Notes under the pieces: model-generated | Told to the model about the DNA's origin: nothing | Database searches by the model: none | The model's input: the letters and a program-made list of their open reading frames with translations, nothing else | Assembly: GCF_018350175.1 (NCBI RefSeq) | Contig: NC_058377.1 | Location: forward strand, 109,120,001 to 109,184,000 | Direction: 5' to 3' | Source: Felis catus | Lineage: Eukaryota | DNA: 64,000 nt | In this document: piece after piece, positions 38,917 through 51,675 of the stretch | Position numbering within the stretch: position 1 is the stretch's first letter | Layout: each line of letters starts with the position of its first letter | Translations under genes and position numbers: made by a program

Positions 38917-39137
38917 GGGGCACCTGGCTGTCTTAGTCAATGGATCTAGCGACCCTTAATCACGGGCTTGTGAGTTCGATCCCCACATTGGGTGTAGAGA
39001 TTACCTAAAAATAAAATCTTGGGGGGGACACATGAGTGGCTCAGTTGGTTAAGCTTCCCACTTAGGCTCAGGTCATGATCTTGCAGTCCATGGGTTCGAG
39101 CCCTACGGTGGGCTCTGTGCTGACAGCTCAGAGCCTG
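38917..39137 (+). mobile_element. Short tRNA-derived SINE followed by a Can-SINE running into the gap
   Basis: Two SINE heads at ~38917 and ~39022. Confidence 0.8.
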
Positions 39138-39589
39138 NNNNNNNNNNNNNNNNNNNNNNNNNNNNNNNNNNNNNNNNNNNNNNNNNNNNNNNNNNNNNNN
39201 NNNNNNNNNNNNNNNNNNNNNNNNNNNNNNNNNNNNNNNNNNNNNNNNNNNNNNNNNNNNNNNNNNNNNNNNNNNNNNNNNNNNNNNNNNNNNNNNNNNN
39301 NNNNNNNNNNNNNGGCACAGCTGTGGCGCAGGTTGAACGGAACGACATGAACAACTGAGGTTCGGGGACACTGCATTTGTTGAGGCGTGAGTGAAGGAGG
39401 TGAGGGAATCTCGGGGACAGAACAGCTTGTACCAAGAGCAGGGACGTGAGAGTGCTGGTACATTCTGAGACATACAAATAGATCCCTTTGGCAGGCCTGG
39501 TGGGAGCAGGGGGCTGAGCCTCTGGGACAGAGAGGGCTGGTTAGGACAGGCCTGAGGGCGGAGGAAGGGGTTTAGATTTCAGGTGAAAG

Positions 39590-40365
39590 GAGAGGTTCTC
39601 AACTCTATAGGACTCAGTCATCCTATTAATAACAAATATTTTGTTGCTAGCCTGCAGTGAATTAATATGTAACAAAACCTACCTCTGCACAAAAAATATC
39701 ACATAGGGGCGCCTGGGTGGCTCAGTCAGTTAAGCGTCTGACTCTCGATTTCGGCTCAGGTCATGATCTCACAGTTTGCGAGACAGAGCCCGGGTCAGGC
39801 CCTGCTCTGAGACCTCAGAGCCTGCTTGGAATTCTCTCCCTCCCTCCCTCTCTCTCTCTCCCACTTCCCCGCTTGTGTGTGTGTGCACATTCTCCCTCCC
39901 AAAATAAATACACTTAAAAAAAAAAAAAACCTAAACATGAAAACAAATTTAATGTCAGTATAATGTCCTAGTTGTACCATACAGGATAAGTAAGAGTATT
40001 TAGTAATAAAATCATGTGTGTTTGAGCATGTAAATGCCCAAGCCCTGTGGAGCAGGTGGATACTGGCCCCCTTTATAAAACCAGAGCGAATCCATCATCT
40101 GCCAGGGCACACACAATGCCAGCGAGCGGTGAGCCAGCCGCTCAGAGACCACCAGTTCGCTATTGGTGATGTGATTTTCTGAAATAGTGACCCAGTCTTG
40201 GCAAAGTTCCAAACAAAACCAAGTGCAACTGTCCCTCTACCTAGACGGTGGCTGTGTTACCGAAGAATGCTGTGTATTTTCAAACCTCACAAATAATACA
40301 TTGTGCCCATACATAAAATGCGGTTAGGGTCCAGGCTCAGAAAATGATCAACTTGCTTTTCAACA
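39590..40365. mobile_element. MER113-like hAT element interrupted by a Can-SINE (39706-39930)
   Basis: ataacaaatatttt and ggtgatgtgattttctgaaatagtga...ggcaaagttccaaacaaaac blocks. A second similar end lies at ~41478-41590. Confidence 0.55.
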
Positions 40366-40578
40366 TAAAGAGCAGATTTTATTTTTAGTACTGTTTTAGA
40401 TTTATAGAATAAATAGACTACATAGTAAGCAGAATTCCATATACTCACTCTCCCACCCCATTCCCCAGTTGCCCTCATTATTAACATCTTACTTTAGTGT
40501 GGTACATTTGTTACAATTGATGAATAAATATTGATACATTATTACTAACTATAGCCCATAGTTTACATTAAGATCTCT

Positions 40579-41020
40579 GGGGCGCCTGGGTGGCTCAGTT
40601 GGTTAAGCATGCAACTTTGGCTCAGGTCATGATCTCACGGTTTGTGAGTTCAAGTCCCACATCCGGCCCTGTGCTGACAGCTCAGAGCCTGGAGCCTGCT
40701 TCCGATTCTGTGTCTCCCTCTCTCTCTTCCCCTCCCCTGCACGTGCTCTCTCTCTTTCTCTCAAAAATAAATAGACATTAGGGGCGCCTGGGTGGCTCAG
40801 TCGGTTAAGCCTCCGACTTCAGCTCAGGTCATGATCTCGCGGTTCATGAGTTCAAGCCCCGCGTCGGGCTCTGTGCTGACAGCTCAGAGCCTGGAGCCTG
40901 TTTCAGATTCTGTGCCTCCCCCTCTCTGTCTGACCCTCCCCCATTCATGCTCTGTCTCTCTCTGTCTCAAAAATAAATAAACGTTAAAAAAAATTAAAAA
41001 AAATAAATAGACGTTAAAAA
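40579..41020 (+). mobile_element. Can-SINE with a second copy inserted in its tail
   Basis: Heads at 40579 and 40781, duplicated aaaataaatagac(a/g)tta. Confidence 0.92.
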
Positions 41021-41267
41021 ATGTTCTTAAATAAAATTAAAATTCAACACATTTTTGAGATTCATTCATGATATATACTACAGTATTGTTCATTCACTAT
41101 TCATGGATGTGTAATATTCCACTGCCATATGATGTTTATCTCATTGGATAAGTGTTGCAGGCATTTGGATTGCTTCCAGCTGTGTTCTAGGGTAAGCAAT
41201 GCTGCTCTGGGTGTATTGGACCCATTGTGTACATCTTCTGGGCATCTGTGCAGGAGTTTTGATAGAT

Positions 41268-41470
41268 CAGGGTTTCTCAGCCTCAGCCCTATAGACATTT
41301 GGGGGGATAATTCTTTGTCGTGGTGGCTTCCTGTGCACTGTAGGGTTTTCAGCAGCATCCTAGCCCACACCCGTTACATGCCAGGAGCACTTTCCTGCAG
41401 TTGAAATGATGTTTCCATACATCACCAAACATCCCCTGGGGGCAAAATTGCCCCTCCTTGAGACTCCTTG
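41268..41470 (-). mobile_element. MER20-like hAT MITE
   Basis: cagggtttctcagcctcagc...gtgcactgtagg...cccctgggggcaaaattgcccc matches the recalled MER20 consensus. Confidence 0.8.
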
Positions 41471-41591
41471 TTTTGGGGCACTTGTTTTCAGCTCTGTCAG
41501 GCCCAACACCCTCTTTTTATAACATATTTTGCCACACCACTTTGATGATCCTAAAAGAGATTCACAAGTAACATAACCCACCTACACAATT

Positions 41592-42075
41592 TATTTTTTT
41601 TATATATTTTTAATGTTTATTTATTTTTGAAGGAGAGAGAGACAGAACATGAGCAGAGGAGGGGCGGAGAGAGGCGGGGACACAGAATCTGAAGCAGGCT
41701 CCAGGCTCTGAGCTGTCAGCACAGAGCCCAGCTTGGGACTGGAACTCAAGAAACCACGAGATCATGACCTGACCCGAAGTCAGACACTTAGCTGACTGAG
41801 CCACGCAGGCACACTAAGTTATTAAATATGACTTTATTAATATGCAATACTTTAAAAAGCAACCTTGGGGCGCCTGGGTCGCTCAGTGGGTTGGGTGTCC
41901 GACTTCAGCTCAGGTCATGATCTCACGGTCTGTGAGTTCGAGCCCTGCATCAGGCTCTGTGCTGACGGCTCAGAGCCTGGAGCCTGTTTCGGATTCTGTG
42001 TCTCCCTCTCTCTGACCCTCCCCCATTCATGCTCTGTCTCTCTCTGTCTCAAAGATAAATAAACATTAAAAAAAT
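41592..42075. mobile_element. Head-to-head Can-SINE pair (41592-41814 on -, 41867-42075 on +)
   Basis: Consensus match on opposite strands. Confidence 0.92.
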
Positions 42076-42084
42076 TTTTTTTAA

Positions 42085-43060
42085 AGGAGGTCCCCGCAGA
42101 TGTCTTCGGACACATTTGTACTTTGGTTTTGTTGCTTTTGCAGTAATCACACAGAGCAGTGAGGATCTTGGAAGTAAATATGTTTTGGAAATGCTGTTAC
42201 ACATTACCTACTGCTCTCCAAAGGACTGAAGATGGGTCAGAACTGGCTCCAAAACCTTTCTGAAGGAGAACGATTAAGTCATGTTTGGGGCTCAAAGGTA
42301 GTTGCAAGTTTAACCCAACTGTCTCGGTCAATGTTGGTTAACATTCCACATCTGCTTCGGATGGAGTTAATATCCAAACCGGTCCCGTAAGTTCAAACTA
42401 ATCCTTAAGTCTGGTCATCGTGCCCGCGTCCTTCAACTCAGTCTCCAAGACAGAGCGTCGTAGGGCCTGTTCCTATCGAATTGCTCCGAAAATAAAAACT
42501 GGAAATTCCTTACAAGAAGGTTTATCCTGAAATCCGCTGACAATTTTCTTCATCTTAGCACGATCGCTCTCCTTTTTCCAGTAGGTAAACTTTCAACCAG
42601 GTCTCAAGTTTTGGTACTTCATTTTGCAATATCTCAGTTATGATGTTTCATATTGATTGAGTTAAGTAATTCCCCAATGATTCCAGAGAGTGAAGAAAAT
42701 ACTTTTAAAGAATTTTCCTTTGGAGAGCCATTCTACTTCGAAGGCTAAGACGAAAATGTTTGGAAGCTTCTTCATTGTGACTGAAACGTTTAGGGAATTA
42801 CCTATAATTTGAGGAGTCATCCTTTATTTTGCTCTTAAGTTGAACTATGCGAAAAGGCCAGGAATCGATGATTATCCACAAAGATGTCGGTTTTACACAG
42901 TTCAGCCAAATAACATGGAAAAACATTAATTGATTTGTAGAATGTCTCATGAAGATTCTTGGTGGCCGAGTGTTGATGAACGGATTGCAGTTACCTTTTT
43001 CTTAGGTTGGTCACAAATCTTATTGGCTCCCAACTCATGTGAGGACAGACTTGCTGGGAA
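42085..43060 (-). mobile_element. Decayed hAT (Charlie-like) transposase coding remnant
   Basis: Collinear motifs across frames: IWLNCV, NHRFLA, NYR*F, EVEWLSKGK, ERFWS, AFPxTYL, ATKPKYK. Confidence 0.7.
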
Positions 43061-43074
43061 TTCTTACAAGCACC

Positions 43075-45478
43075 TCCCTTTTGTTTCAAAGTAAGCTCCA
43101 CACTTGGGGTGAGACCTGCACTTATAACCCTGAGATCAGGAGTAGCTCATCTACCAACTGAGCCAGCCAGGGGCCCAGTTATGGGACCTCTTTTAAAAAA
43201 AAAAAATGATTGTAGGGACGCCTTGGTGGCTCAGTCAGTTAAGGGGCCAACTCTTGGTTTCGACTCAGGTCATGGTCTCGTGGTTTCAGCCCCACATCGG
43301 GCTGGCAGAGCCTGCTTGGATCTTTTGTCTTCCTCTCTCCACCCCTCCCCCACTCGCTCTCTCTCTCGAAAATAAATAAATGTTAAGCAAAACTTAGGGG
43401 CGCCCGGGTGGCTCAGTTGGTTGAACGTCCGACTTCGGCTCAGTTCATGATCTCACGGCTCATGATTTCAGGCCCCACGTCCTGCTCTGCGCTGAGGCAC
43501 GGAGCCTGCTTTGGATTCTCTGTCTTCCTCTCTCCGTGCCCCTCCCCTGCTCACACTCATTCCCTCCCTCTCAAAAATAAATAAACATTAAAAAATTATT
43601 TAATTAAAAAAATAAAAAATGATGGCAATTGAGTGAAATACATTGAATCTATAAAAACTTATGAGTCCATGACGAAACCAAAAAGAAATAAAAACAAAAC
43701 AAAACCCCACGCTCTTTGCCACTACTGGGAGTGGCTGATACGAGTTAGCTCTTAACTCTGAATATTGGTGATTAAAAGGGAAAAAAGGAAAAAATTCAGC
43801 ATGTATGGGAAATAACTAGGGTTGAAATGTCATGACACCTAGTTATATAAAAATTATTTGTTATATATTTATATTATCTTTTTATATAGATGGAAAATGT
43901 GGCAAAATATTAACAATTGTTGCACCTAGATGGTGGATGCATGGATGTTCCTTGACTATCTTTTTTGTAGGTTTGAAGCTTTTCACCACAAAAAGTTTTA
44001 AAAGTAAGAATTTCTCTTAACATTTCCTATTAGTTTAACCAATTATCAAAAAGATTTTTTCAGATTTTCCCTACATTTTAATTTTTTTTTAATGATTTAT
44101 TTTTGAGACAGAGAGAGACAGATCATGACCGGGGGAGGGTCAGAGAGAGGGAGACACAGAATCCAAAGCAGGCTCCAGGCTCTGAGCTGTCAGCACACAG
44201 CCCAATGCAGGGCTCGAACTCACGGACTGTGAGATCATGACCTGAGCTGAAGTTGGATACTTGACTGACTGAGCCACCCAGGTGCCCCAGATTTTCCCTA
44301 CATTTTATTTGTGCTGTATTGGAGGGAGTTTTTCTGAATCATCACTGGACTCCTTAAACTTTTCTTCTTTTTCTTTCTTTCTTTCTTTCTTCTTTCTTGT
44401 TATAACTACATAGTGGTTCATTGTATAGCTAACCTATAACATTTAAAAACTTTTTTAATATTTATTTTTGAAGGAGAGAGAGTGTGAGCGGGGGAGGAGC
44501 AGAGAGAGAGAGACAGAATCGGAAGCAGGCTCCAGGCTCCAGGCTCCAGGCTCTAAGCTGTCAGCACAGAGGCCAACGCGGGGCTTGAACTCACGGACCG
44601 CGAGATCAAGACCTGAGCCAAAGTCGGACGCTCAACCGACTGAGCCACCCAGGCGCCCCAGCATATGTTTTAATGTGTGGCAGGAAGAGTATCTCCGGAC
44701 TACTCTTCTTTATTAGAAATATCTATTATAGTCTCTCTTGTTTATTTTCCCAACTGTATTCTGGAATTCACTTGTTTAGTTAAGCAAATCCTGTTTGTAT
44801 TTTTATTGGAACTACATTAAAAGTACAGCTTATTTGGGGAGAATTGACATCTTTCTGATGTTGATTTTTCCTGTTCAAGAACATGATAGAACTGTCTACT
44901 TACTCAAGTCTGTCCTTAATGTTCCCGTAGAGTGTTAAAGTCTTGTTTGTAAATAGTATACCCATTTCTGGTTAAGTTTATGCCTGAGTATTTTATCTTT
45001 CATTGCTCATGCATCCAAAATGACTTTAAAATTTTTTTAATGTTTTATTTATTTTTGAGAGAGAGACAGAGTACGAGCAGGGCAGGAGCAGAGAGAGAAA
45101 GGGATACACAGAATCCAGAGCAGGCTCCAGGCTCTGAGCTGTCAGCACACAGCCCGATGCAGGGCTCGAACCCACGAACCGTGAGATCATGACCTGAGTT
45201 GAAGTAGGACACTTAACCCACTGAGCCACCCAGGTGTCCCTCTTTTTTTCCCCCTAAGTTTTCTTTAAGTTTATTTATTTATTTTGAGAGAGAGAGAGAG
45301 AGAGAGAGCACAAGAAAGGAAGGGGCAGAGAGAGAGGGAGAGAGAAAGAATCCGAAGCAGGCTCTGCACTGTCAGCACGGAGCCCCATGCGGGGCTTGAA
45401 CTCACAAACCGTGAGACCATGACCTGAGCCAAAATCAAGAGCCAGATGTTTAACTGACTGAGCCACCCAGGCACCCCT
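43075..45478. mobile_element. Can-SINE cluster within old L1 remnants
   Basis: Copies at ~43075-43155(-), 43215-43390(+), 43397-43620(+), 44082-44288(-), 44451-44659(-), 45030-45240(-), 45268-45478(-). Confidence 0.9.
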
Positions 45479-47492
45479 ACACTTTCTGTTGCAGGACCCA
45501 GTGTTTTCCTTCCACAGCAGAGACTGCTTGCTATCCATAAAAATCCTTTCTCTTCTTTGGTGGTAATAGACTGCTCATGGGGCATGTGACATCATCTATG
45601 CTTCACTTCCAAGGTTCCTTTGGGGTTGGGTTTAGCCATGTGCTAGATTTTATTTAGTAGAATTTGGTTGGGGTGACACGTGTCACTTTCTGGACTGACC
45701 CACAGAAACTTTCCATGTGTGCCTTCCATGTCTTCTCCCCATGCTGAGGGCTCGAATGGTCACAACCTTTGGGTTCATGGAAGGTTTGTGCAGAAGATCA
45801 CAGCTCTGATGTCAGCCCAGGGCTCAAATCGTGACATCGTGCCCAGTGCTTGGGCAGAACTCCCCACCAAGTTGGCCCTGCCACCCTAAACTGTTACATG
45901 AGGGAGAATCAGACACCTCTGGGGCCTGTTTGTTTCGAAATCTTAGTCTATCCCCACTGCAAACACCTTCCGATTCAGTTCAGAGGCTTTCAGAGCTATG
46001 TGGCAGAAAGGCTGGAGAAATAAAGGCAGAGCTTCTAGTCTGAGTGGACGATCAGGTTAGTGCTGAATATTTTCGACTACGATCCTTAGAGATGTGGAAT
46101 GAAATATCTGATTCCACAAATGGAGTGCAAGGCCGAGCTTGTAGGGAGGAAAGGGAAGTTGGAAATCTTCAAGTACTAGAAGCAAAGACAAACCTGAGTG
46201 CCAGGGAGGAAGCCTGTGAGCTGAGGGGTTGGCAGTCTCGGGGGCGCTGAGAGGGGTCAGAGGCTTGGCATTGCCTTTGTTGCTTGTTTGCTTTTCTTTT
46301 AGAGACTTAAAAACAATGGATGTTGATGACTTAGTACATGCCAGTCGTCGTTCTGAGCTCTTTATGTGGGTCCACTCATTCCATCATCACAACCTTCTGG
46401 GGCAGGTGTAGGTAATGCACCCATTTTACTGATGAGGAAACTGAAGCACAGAGACGTTAAGCCACTTGTCTGTGGTTTCACAAGTAGAAAGGAACAGAGT
46501 CAGGACTTGCACCCAGGTTGTCTTGCTTCTGAGTCTGTGCTCTTAAGAAGCACATGTCGCTACCCTAGGCCAGTGCAAAAGGAAGAAGATGAATAAAAAC
46601 TTGGTTTCGGACTCTGTTTTACTTTGGGAGTGATGGTCCGGGCCTGGCATCTATCAGCGCCCATGCATCGCACATCACCCAGAATCTGGGGAGGAGGTGT
46701 TGAGCTGGAAACAGACCGCTAAACCTGCTTTCCGGACAAGCGTCTTTAAAGTCTCGGGGTGGGGAGTGAAATTCATTGTCGATGCTCTTTCCTTCTGAAG
46801 AAGGTGGACTAACATCACACCCAGCGCAGCAGTCCCCTGTGTCCCATGAATCCCAGGAAGCCCTCCCACTAACCAGCAAGGTGGTGGCTGTCATTTGGGG
46901 AGAGCTATCTGAGCTGCTCTTAGGAATACATCCAGGTCTCCCCTTCTGTAGCTGTAGTTATGAGCTACACAGAGAGGGATGGGGACCCGGAATGTTACAT
47001 TTTTCACATCCCAGGGGTCCTCCAGACCTGAGTCTCTCTCATGTTACTGAGTACAAAAGCATCCTCTCTTAAGCACAGGAAGAAGCTCTCTCAGATAATT
47101 ATAGATAGAATGATGGTGGGGAGGAAGTGTCAGGCCATCTCAACCTGGCCTGGGGGTTCCACAAGGGGGCAATCTAACACTTGCTTACAGGTTCTCCAAG
47201 GGAAAAAACTTGGTTTTTAACCTCACTTAAGAAGGAAAGATGAAACCTCAGGCTTCAAGGTGGGATGAGTTTGAATCGCGACATTTGCACAAAGCTAGGA
47301 CACTTGAAGGCTGCAATCATTTTACAAGGAAGACCAACAAACTTCCCACTGGCCCAGGGAGGCAACTAGGAAGGTTGTCTCTTCTGTGGATCTGGCTGGG
47401 GAAAAAAACGTGTTTTCATCTTCAGACAGGCATGGAGCCTGAATTAGCCCACTGGGTGCTAAACTAAAGCTGAGAAATCATTACTATTAAAA

Positions 47493-48190
47493 AATTTTTT
47501 TGACGTTTATTCACTTTTGAGAGACAGAGAGAGAGCAGGGGAGGGTCAGAGAGAAAGGGAGACACAGAATCTGAAGCAGGCTCCAGGCTCTGAGCTGTCA
47601 GCGCAGAGCACGACGTGGGGCTCGAAACCATGAACCATGAGATCATGACCGGAGCCGAAGTCAGACGCCTAACTGACTGAGCCACCCAGATGCTCCTCAA
47701 GCTGAGAAATTATTTAAGAAATTAACCCTAGGCTGTTTGTATGTCTTGGGTGCCCAGCAGTGGCAGACGTGGGACCACTTTGGTGGCACACAAGCCCTTC
47801 TCAAGGTACTCACAGCAGAATGGAGAAACAATTTCCCGCAAACAAGGGTAAGGAGAACATTACCTACCTGAGGAGCTAATTCATGTCTCTGGATAGGAAG
47901 ACTTATTCTTATCACAAAGATGCCCATTCTCAACATTTTCACATGTTATTTCAATATTATCTTAATTAAAATCTTAAGGGTTGTTTTATAGCATTGGAAA
48001 ATCGATTTTGAAAAAAGAAACCAGGGGCGCTTGGGTGGCTCAGTCGGTTAAGCGTCTGACTTCAGCTTGGGTCATGATCTCATGGTTTATGAGTTCGAGC
48101 CCTGCGTCAGGCTCTGTGCTGACAGCTCAGAGCCTGGAGCCTGCTTCAGATTCTGTGTCCCGTTCTCTCTCTGCCCTTCCCCCGCTTGTG

Positions 48191-48232
<42 letters not shown>

Positions 48233-48260
48233 AATAAATGAACTTAAAAAAAAAAGAAAA
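47493..48260. mobile_element. Can-SINEs at 47493-47697(-) and 48024-48260(+)
   Basis: Consensus match, TSD aagctgagaaat for the first. Confidence 0.9.
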
Positions 48261-49014
48261 TAAACCTGATTTTGAAATTCATCTTGGAGAAAAAATGACG
48301 GGGAAGAGCTAATGACAGTTTGGAAAAGAACCAGGAAGCCAGACTTGCCCTGAAGAATATCAAAGGATGTTGTGACATTATTATATCAGTTAGAGTCCAG
48401 TCAGGAGACATGATCCACACAGTGATTGGAATCAGGGAAATTTAATATAAAGAGTTATTTCCAGAGGATTGGAAGAATGGGGAATTTTCTAGTAAGGGTT
48501 ACAAAGAACTCTAGAGAACAAAGGAATAGTAGATATAGAGAGTAGTCCCCTCCCCTATAGTAGATATAGAGAGTAGTGCCTGAGGAAGGGCACGCACACA
48601 CCTAGGCTGGGGGCCACCCCTCACTGGAAAGAGAAATGAGAAGTCACTGAAGTATCTTCCCAGAAACACTGCAAAGCTTCCAGTGGATATGCTAGGGGCA
48701 GCTACTGACCACTGGCTGGTCACGAACTGGGAGTCGGGGAAGCTGACCTCAGTAGGAGCTGGTCCCTGGAAAAACCATTCTGCATGAGGCAGATACTGAA
48801 GGAAGCTGTGCCGATGAAGAATCTCATGTGGGAAAACTGCCAGCCCAAAAGCTGAGCCTTANNNNNNNNNNNNNNNNNNNNNNNNNNNNNNNNNNNNNNN
48901 NNNNNNNNNNNNNNNNNNNNNNNNNNNNNNNNNNNNNNNNNNNNNNNNNNNNNNNNNNNNNNNNNNNNNNNNNNNNNNNNNNNNNNNNNNNNNNNNNNNN
49001 NAGAATGGCTAAAA

Positions 49015-49666
49015 TAGATGCTGACGCAGGGGAGCACCATCCTGGTGCTGCTGGAGAGTGAGTAGTTCCCTATGGAGCTGACCAGACTCTTCCAGAAGTG
49101 CTGGTTGTTGGCAGTGTGTTCATCACCCTGAAGAAGTACGATGGTTGAACTAAACCCATCCCAAGGAAAGGTTCTGGGGGGGGCTTTGAGCTCTCAGGCA
49201 ACATGTGTCTGTTAAGAGCTACTGATGGGGAAAAGATCAGCACTGTGGCCAGCTCCAAGGACGTGAGCAGGTTTCAGACGACTTACTCAAACCTATTGAG
49301 AGCTAACATGGATGGGCTGAAGAAGAAGGACAAAAAAAGCAAGAATAAGACGAGCTAAGAAGCACAGGGAAGGAATTCCTGTTCTCACCAGCTCACCACC
49401 AAATTACTTTTCTTCTTTGGTTCTTACTTTCGGCCACAAAGCTAGGTTGCTGGTTCCCCTATAATAACGTTTCATGTGAGATTAGGATCATTTTGGATGG
49501 AAGAAAGGCTGCAGTGTTTTCAGGGTAGTTGTAAGAAGCCAAGTCTGTTTTAGAATTGGCTACTTGGTTGTATATCCTGGGATTACAAAGTCTCTGTAGC
49601 TGTCTGTGTGAAAGACAATGGATCATTAAACCTATATTTATCTTCAAAAAAAAAAAAGGGAAAAAA
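49015..49666 (+). pseudogene. SRP14: SRP14 processed pseudogene
   Basis: Intronless VLLESE*FPMELTRLFQKC..GSVFITLKKYDG*TKPIPRKG..CLLRATDGEKISTVASSKDVSRFQTTYSNLLRANMDGLKKKDKK. ATG lost, internal stops, ATTAAA at 49625, polyA tail, 13-bp TSD AGAATGGCTAAAA. Confidence 0.93.
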
Positions 49667-50420
49667 AGAATGGCTAAAACAAAAACTCAGGAAACAAGAG
49701 TCGCTGAAAATGTGGAGAAAGAGGAACTCTCATGCGCTGTTGGGAATGCAAACTGGTGCAGCCACTGTGGAAGACAGAATGGAGTTTCCTCAAAAAATTA
49801 AAAAGAAAACTACCCTATGATCCAGGAATGACACTACTGGGTATTTACCCAAAGAATATGAAAACACTAATTTGAAGGGTTATATGCACCCCTATGTTTA
49901 TTGCAGCATTGTATACAGTAACCAAGTTATGGAAGCAGTCCAAATGTCCATCGATAGATAAATGGATAAAAAAGATGTGGTATATATCCATGGTGGAATA
50001 TTATTCGGCCATAAAAAAGAATGAAATCTTGGCATTTGCAACAACCTGGATGGGTCTAGAGAGTCTAATGCTAAGTGAAATAAGCCAGTCAGCCATACTA
50101 TACGATGTCACTCATACGTGTAATTTAAGAAATGAAATAAACGAACAAAGAAAAAAAAGAGACAAACCCAGAAAACAGACTCTTATCTATGGAGAACAAA
50201 CTGGTGGTTACCAGAGGGGAAGTGGGGTGGGGAGGGGAATGGGTGAAATAGGTGAGGAGGATTAAGAGTACACTTCTCTTGATGAGCATTAATATATGGA
50301 ACTGTTGAATCACTATATTGTACACCTGAAGCTAATATAATGCTGTGTGTTATCTACGCTGGTAAAAAAAAAAAAACAAAAAACAAAACCCCAAAAAACC
50401 AAAAACCAAAACAAAACAAA
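49667..50420 (+). mobile_element. L1 3' fragment (ORF2 C-terminus, 3'UTR, A-tail), carnivore type
   Basis: MFIAALYTVTKLWKQSKCPSIDKWIKKMW...LSEISQ, A-rich tail. Confidence 0.92.
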
Positions 50421-50493
50421 AGCTCAGCACTAGAGAAAGGGCAGGGGAGGCGCACCAGAACCTGGAGAACCCTTTCTTCCTTTAGTGACTTTT

Positions 50494-50510
50494 CAGCGCC
50501 CTCTATTGGT
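50494..50510 (-). promoter_or_regulatory. CTCF-like motif
   Basis: Reverse complement ACCAATAGAGGGCGCTG. Confidence 0.4.
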
Positions 50511-51084
50511 AAGGACAGGACTTCCAGCAAGATGGGCTAATAAAACAATGGAGATAGTAGATGGCAGGGCTGGGTAGTACCAGTCAGATCCTGCAGCCAA
50601 AGAGGGAAGACCCACCAGTGGAATAGAACCCTCAAGTAGGCTGCTCCTTGGTTTTACAACTCTAGACCTCAGAGACGGTAGAGGAAATAAAGTTACATTT
50701 TAAAGTTACCTTTTGAAGCACTGCTCTTTCAATGCAAAATGTTTCAGTATTTGATGACTTAATATCTGTTGAAAGGACAGTGATCTATTTTGCCTACGGA
50801 GATAAAACTGTGGGAATTTGCAAAGGACACCACAGTTACAGTAAGAACACAATGGGTGGTTGGCGGGACCTGCTTACAGGTAGAGATCATGCCAAGATGA
50901 TTTTTCAGCTAAAGCAGATGAAAAACACCCCAACGCCCTTCAGATGAAATCAAGGTTGATGATTCACTGGGAGACGTTAGCGTCTCTGTTCTAGATTTTA
51001 TGCCAAAGACATCATATATGTCTTTCTTGTATGTCCGCATTCACTTAACTGGGAAGAGTGAAGAAGGAGCTAGACCATGATGAC

Positions 51085-51675
51085 TAATGTGGAGGACAAA
51101 GGCAAAATACATACGGAAAAAATTAAACTTCCTTTTAACTTACAGCACATTGACAAGTCATTGAGACAGGCAGAGTGAACTTCCTCTAGGAACTCAGCTG
51201 CCTCCATGTTAATACTTTGCCAAGGGCAAAAGGCAATCTTGGCTTAACATTAGCCAGCCCTCCATGATCCTCTAAGTCTCCTTTAATATGTAAAAGTTCC
51301 TTCAGAAACTACCTTTATGTCTACCCCCCAAGATATATGTTAGCAATCATCCTCCAAGCATATGGCCCACTGATCCACATCTGAAGGGTCTCATGACCAA
51401 GGTTTTATTAGACAGTAATAAATGACCTTTTCCTAACAACAGCTAGCCCCTCGAGGTCCTGGAAACCTTGCTTCCAAATTCCTTAGAGACTTCTGCTAAC
51501 CCTAACCCCCTCCCAACTTGAAAGTATATAATCAGTCGCTCCTCACAACCCCAGTGCAGCTCTGTGTGCCCACAGGTCCCGTCCCCATGCTTTAATAAAA
51601 CCACCTTTTTGCACCGAAGACATCTCAAGAATTCTTTCTTGACCGTTCAGTCCCAAATCCCAACATTTCACATCA
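51085..51675 (+). mobile_element. Solo ERV LTR (591 bp)
   Basis: Termini TAATGTG...CACATCA (inverted), 5-bp TSD ATGAC, TATATAA at 51525, AATAAA at 51594. Confidence 0.85.

Noticed and set aside
40579-41020. Repeated MAQSVK...SLEPASDSVS ORFs as a gene family, tRNAs or a CRISPR-like array
   Set aside because: They are translations of tRNA-derived Can-SINEs with A tails and TSDs. The DNA is eukaryotic with no repeat-spacer structure.
42400-42860. Possible endogenous bornavirus nucleoprotein (FPVFIFGAIR resembles FPFLGAIR; SKIK)
   Set aside because: Only short isolated similarities. Several collinear hAT transposase motifs explain the segment better.
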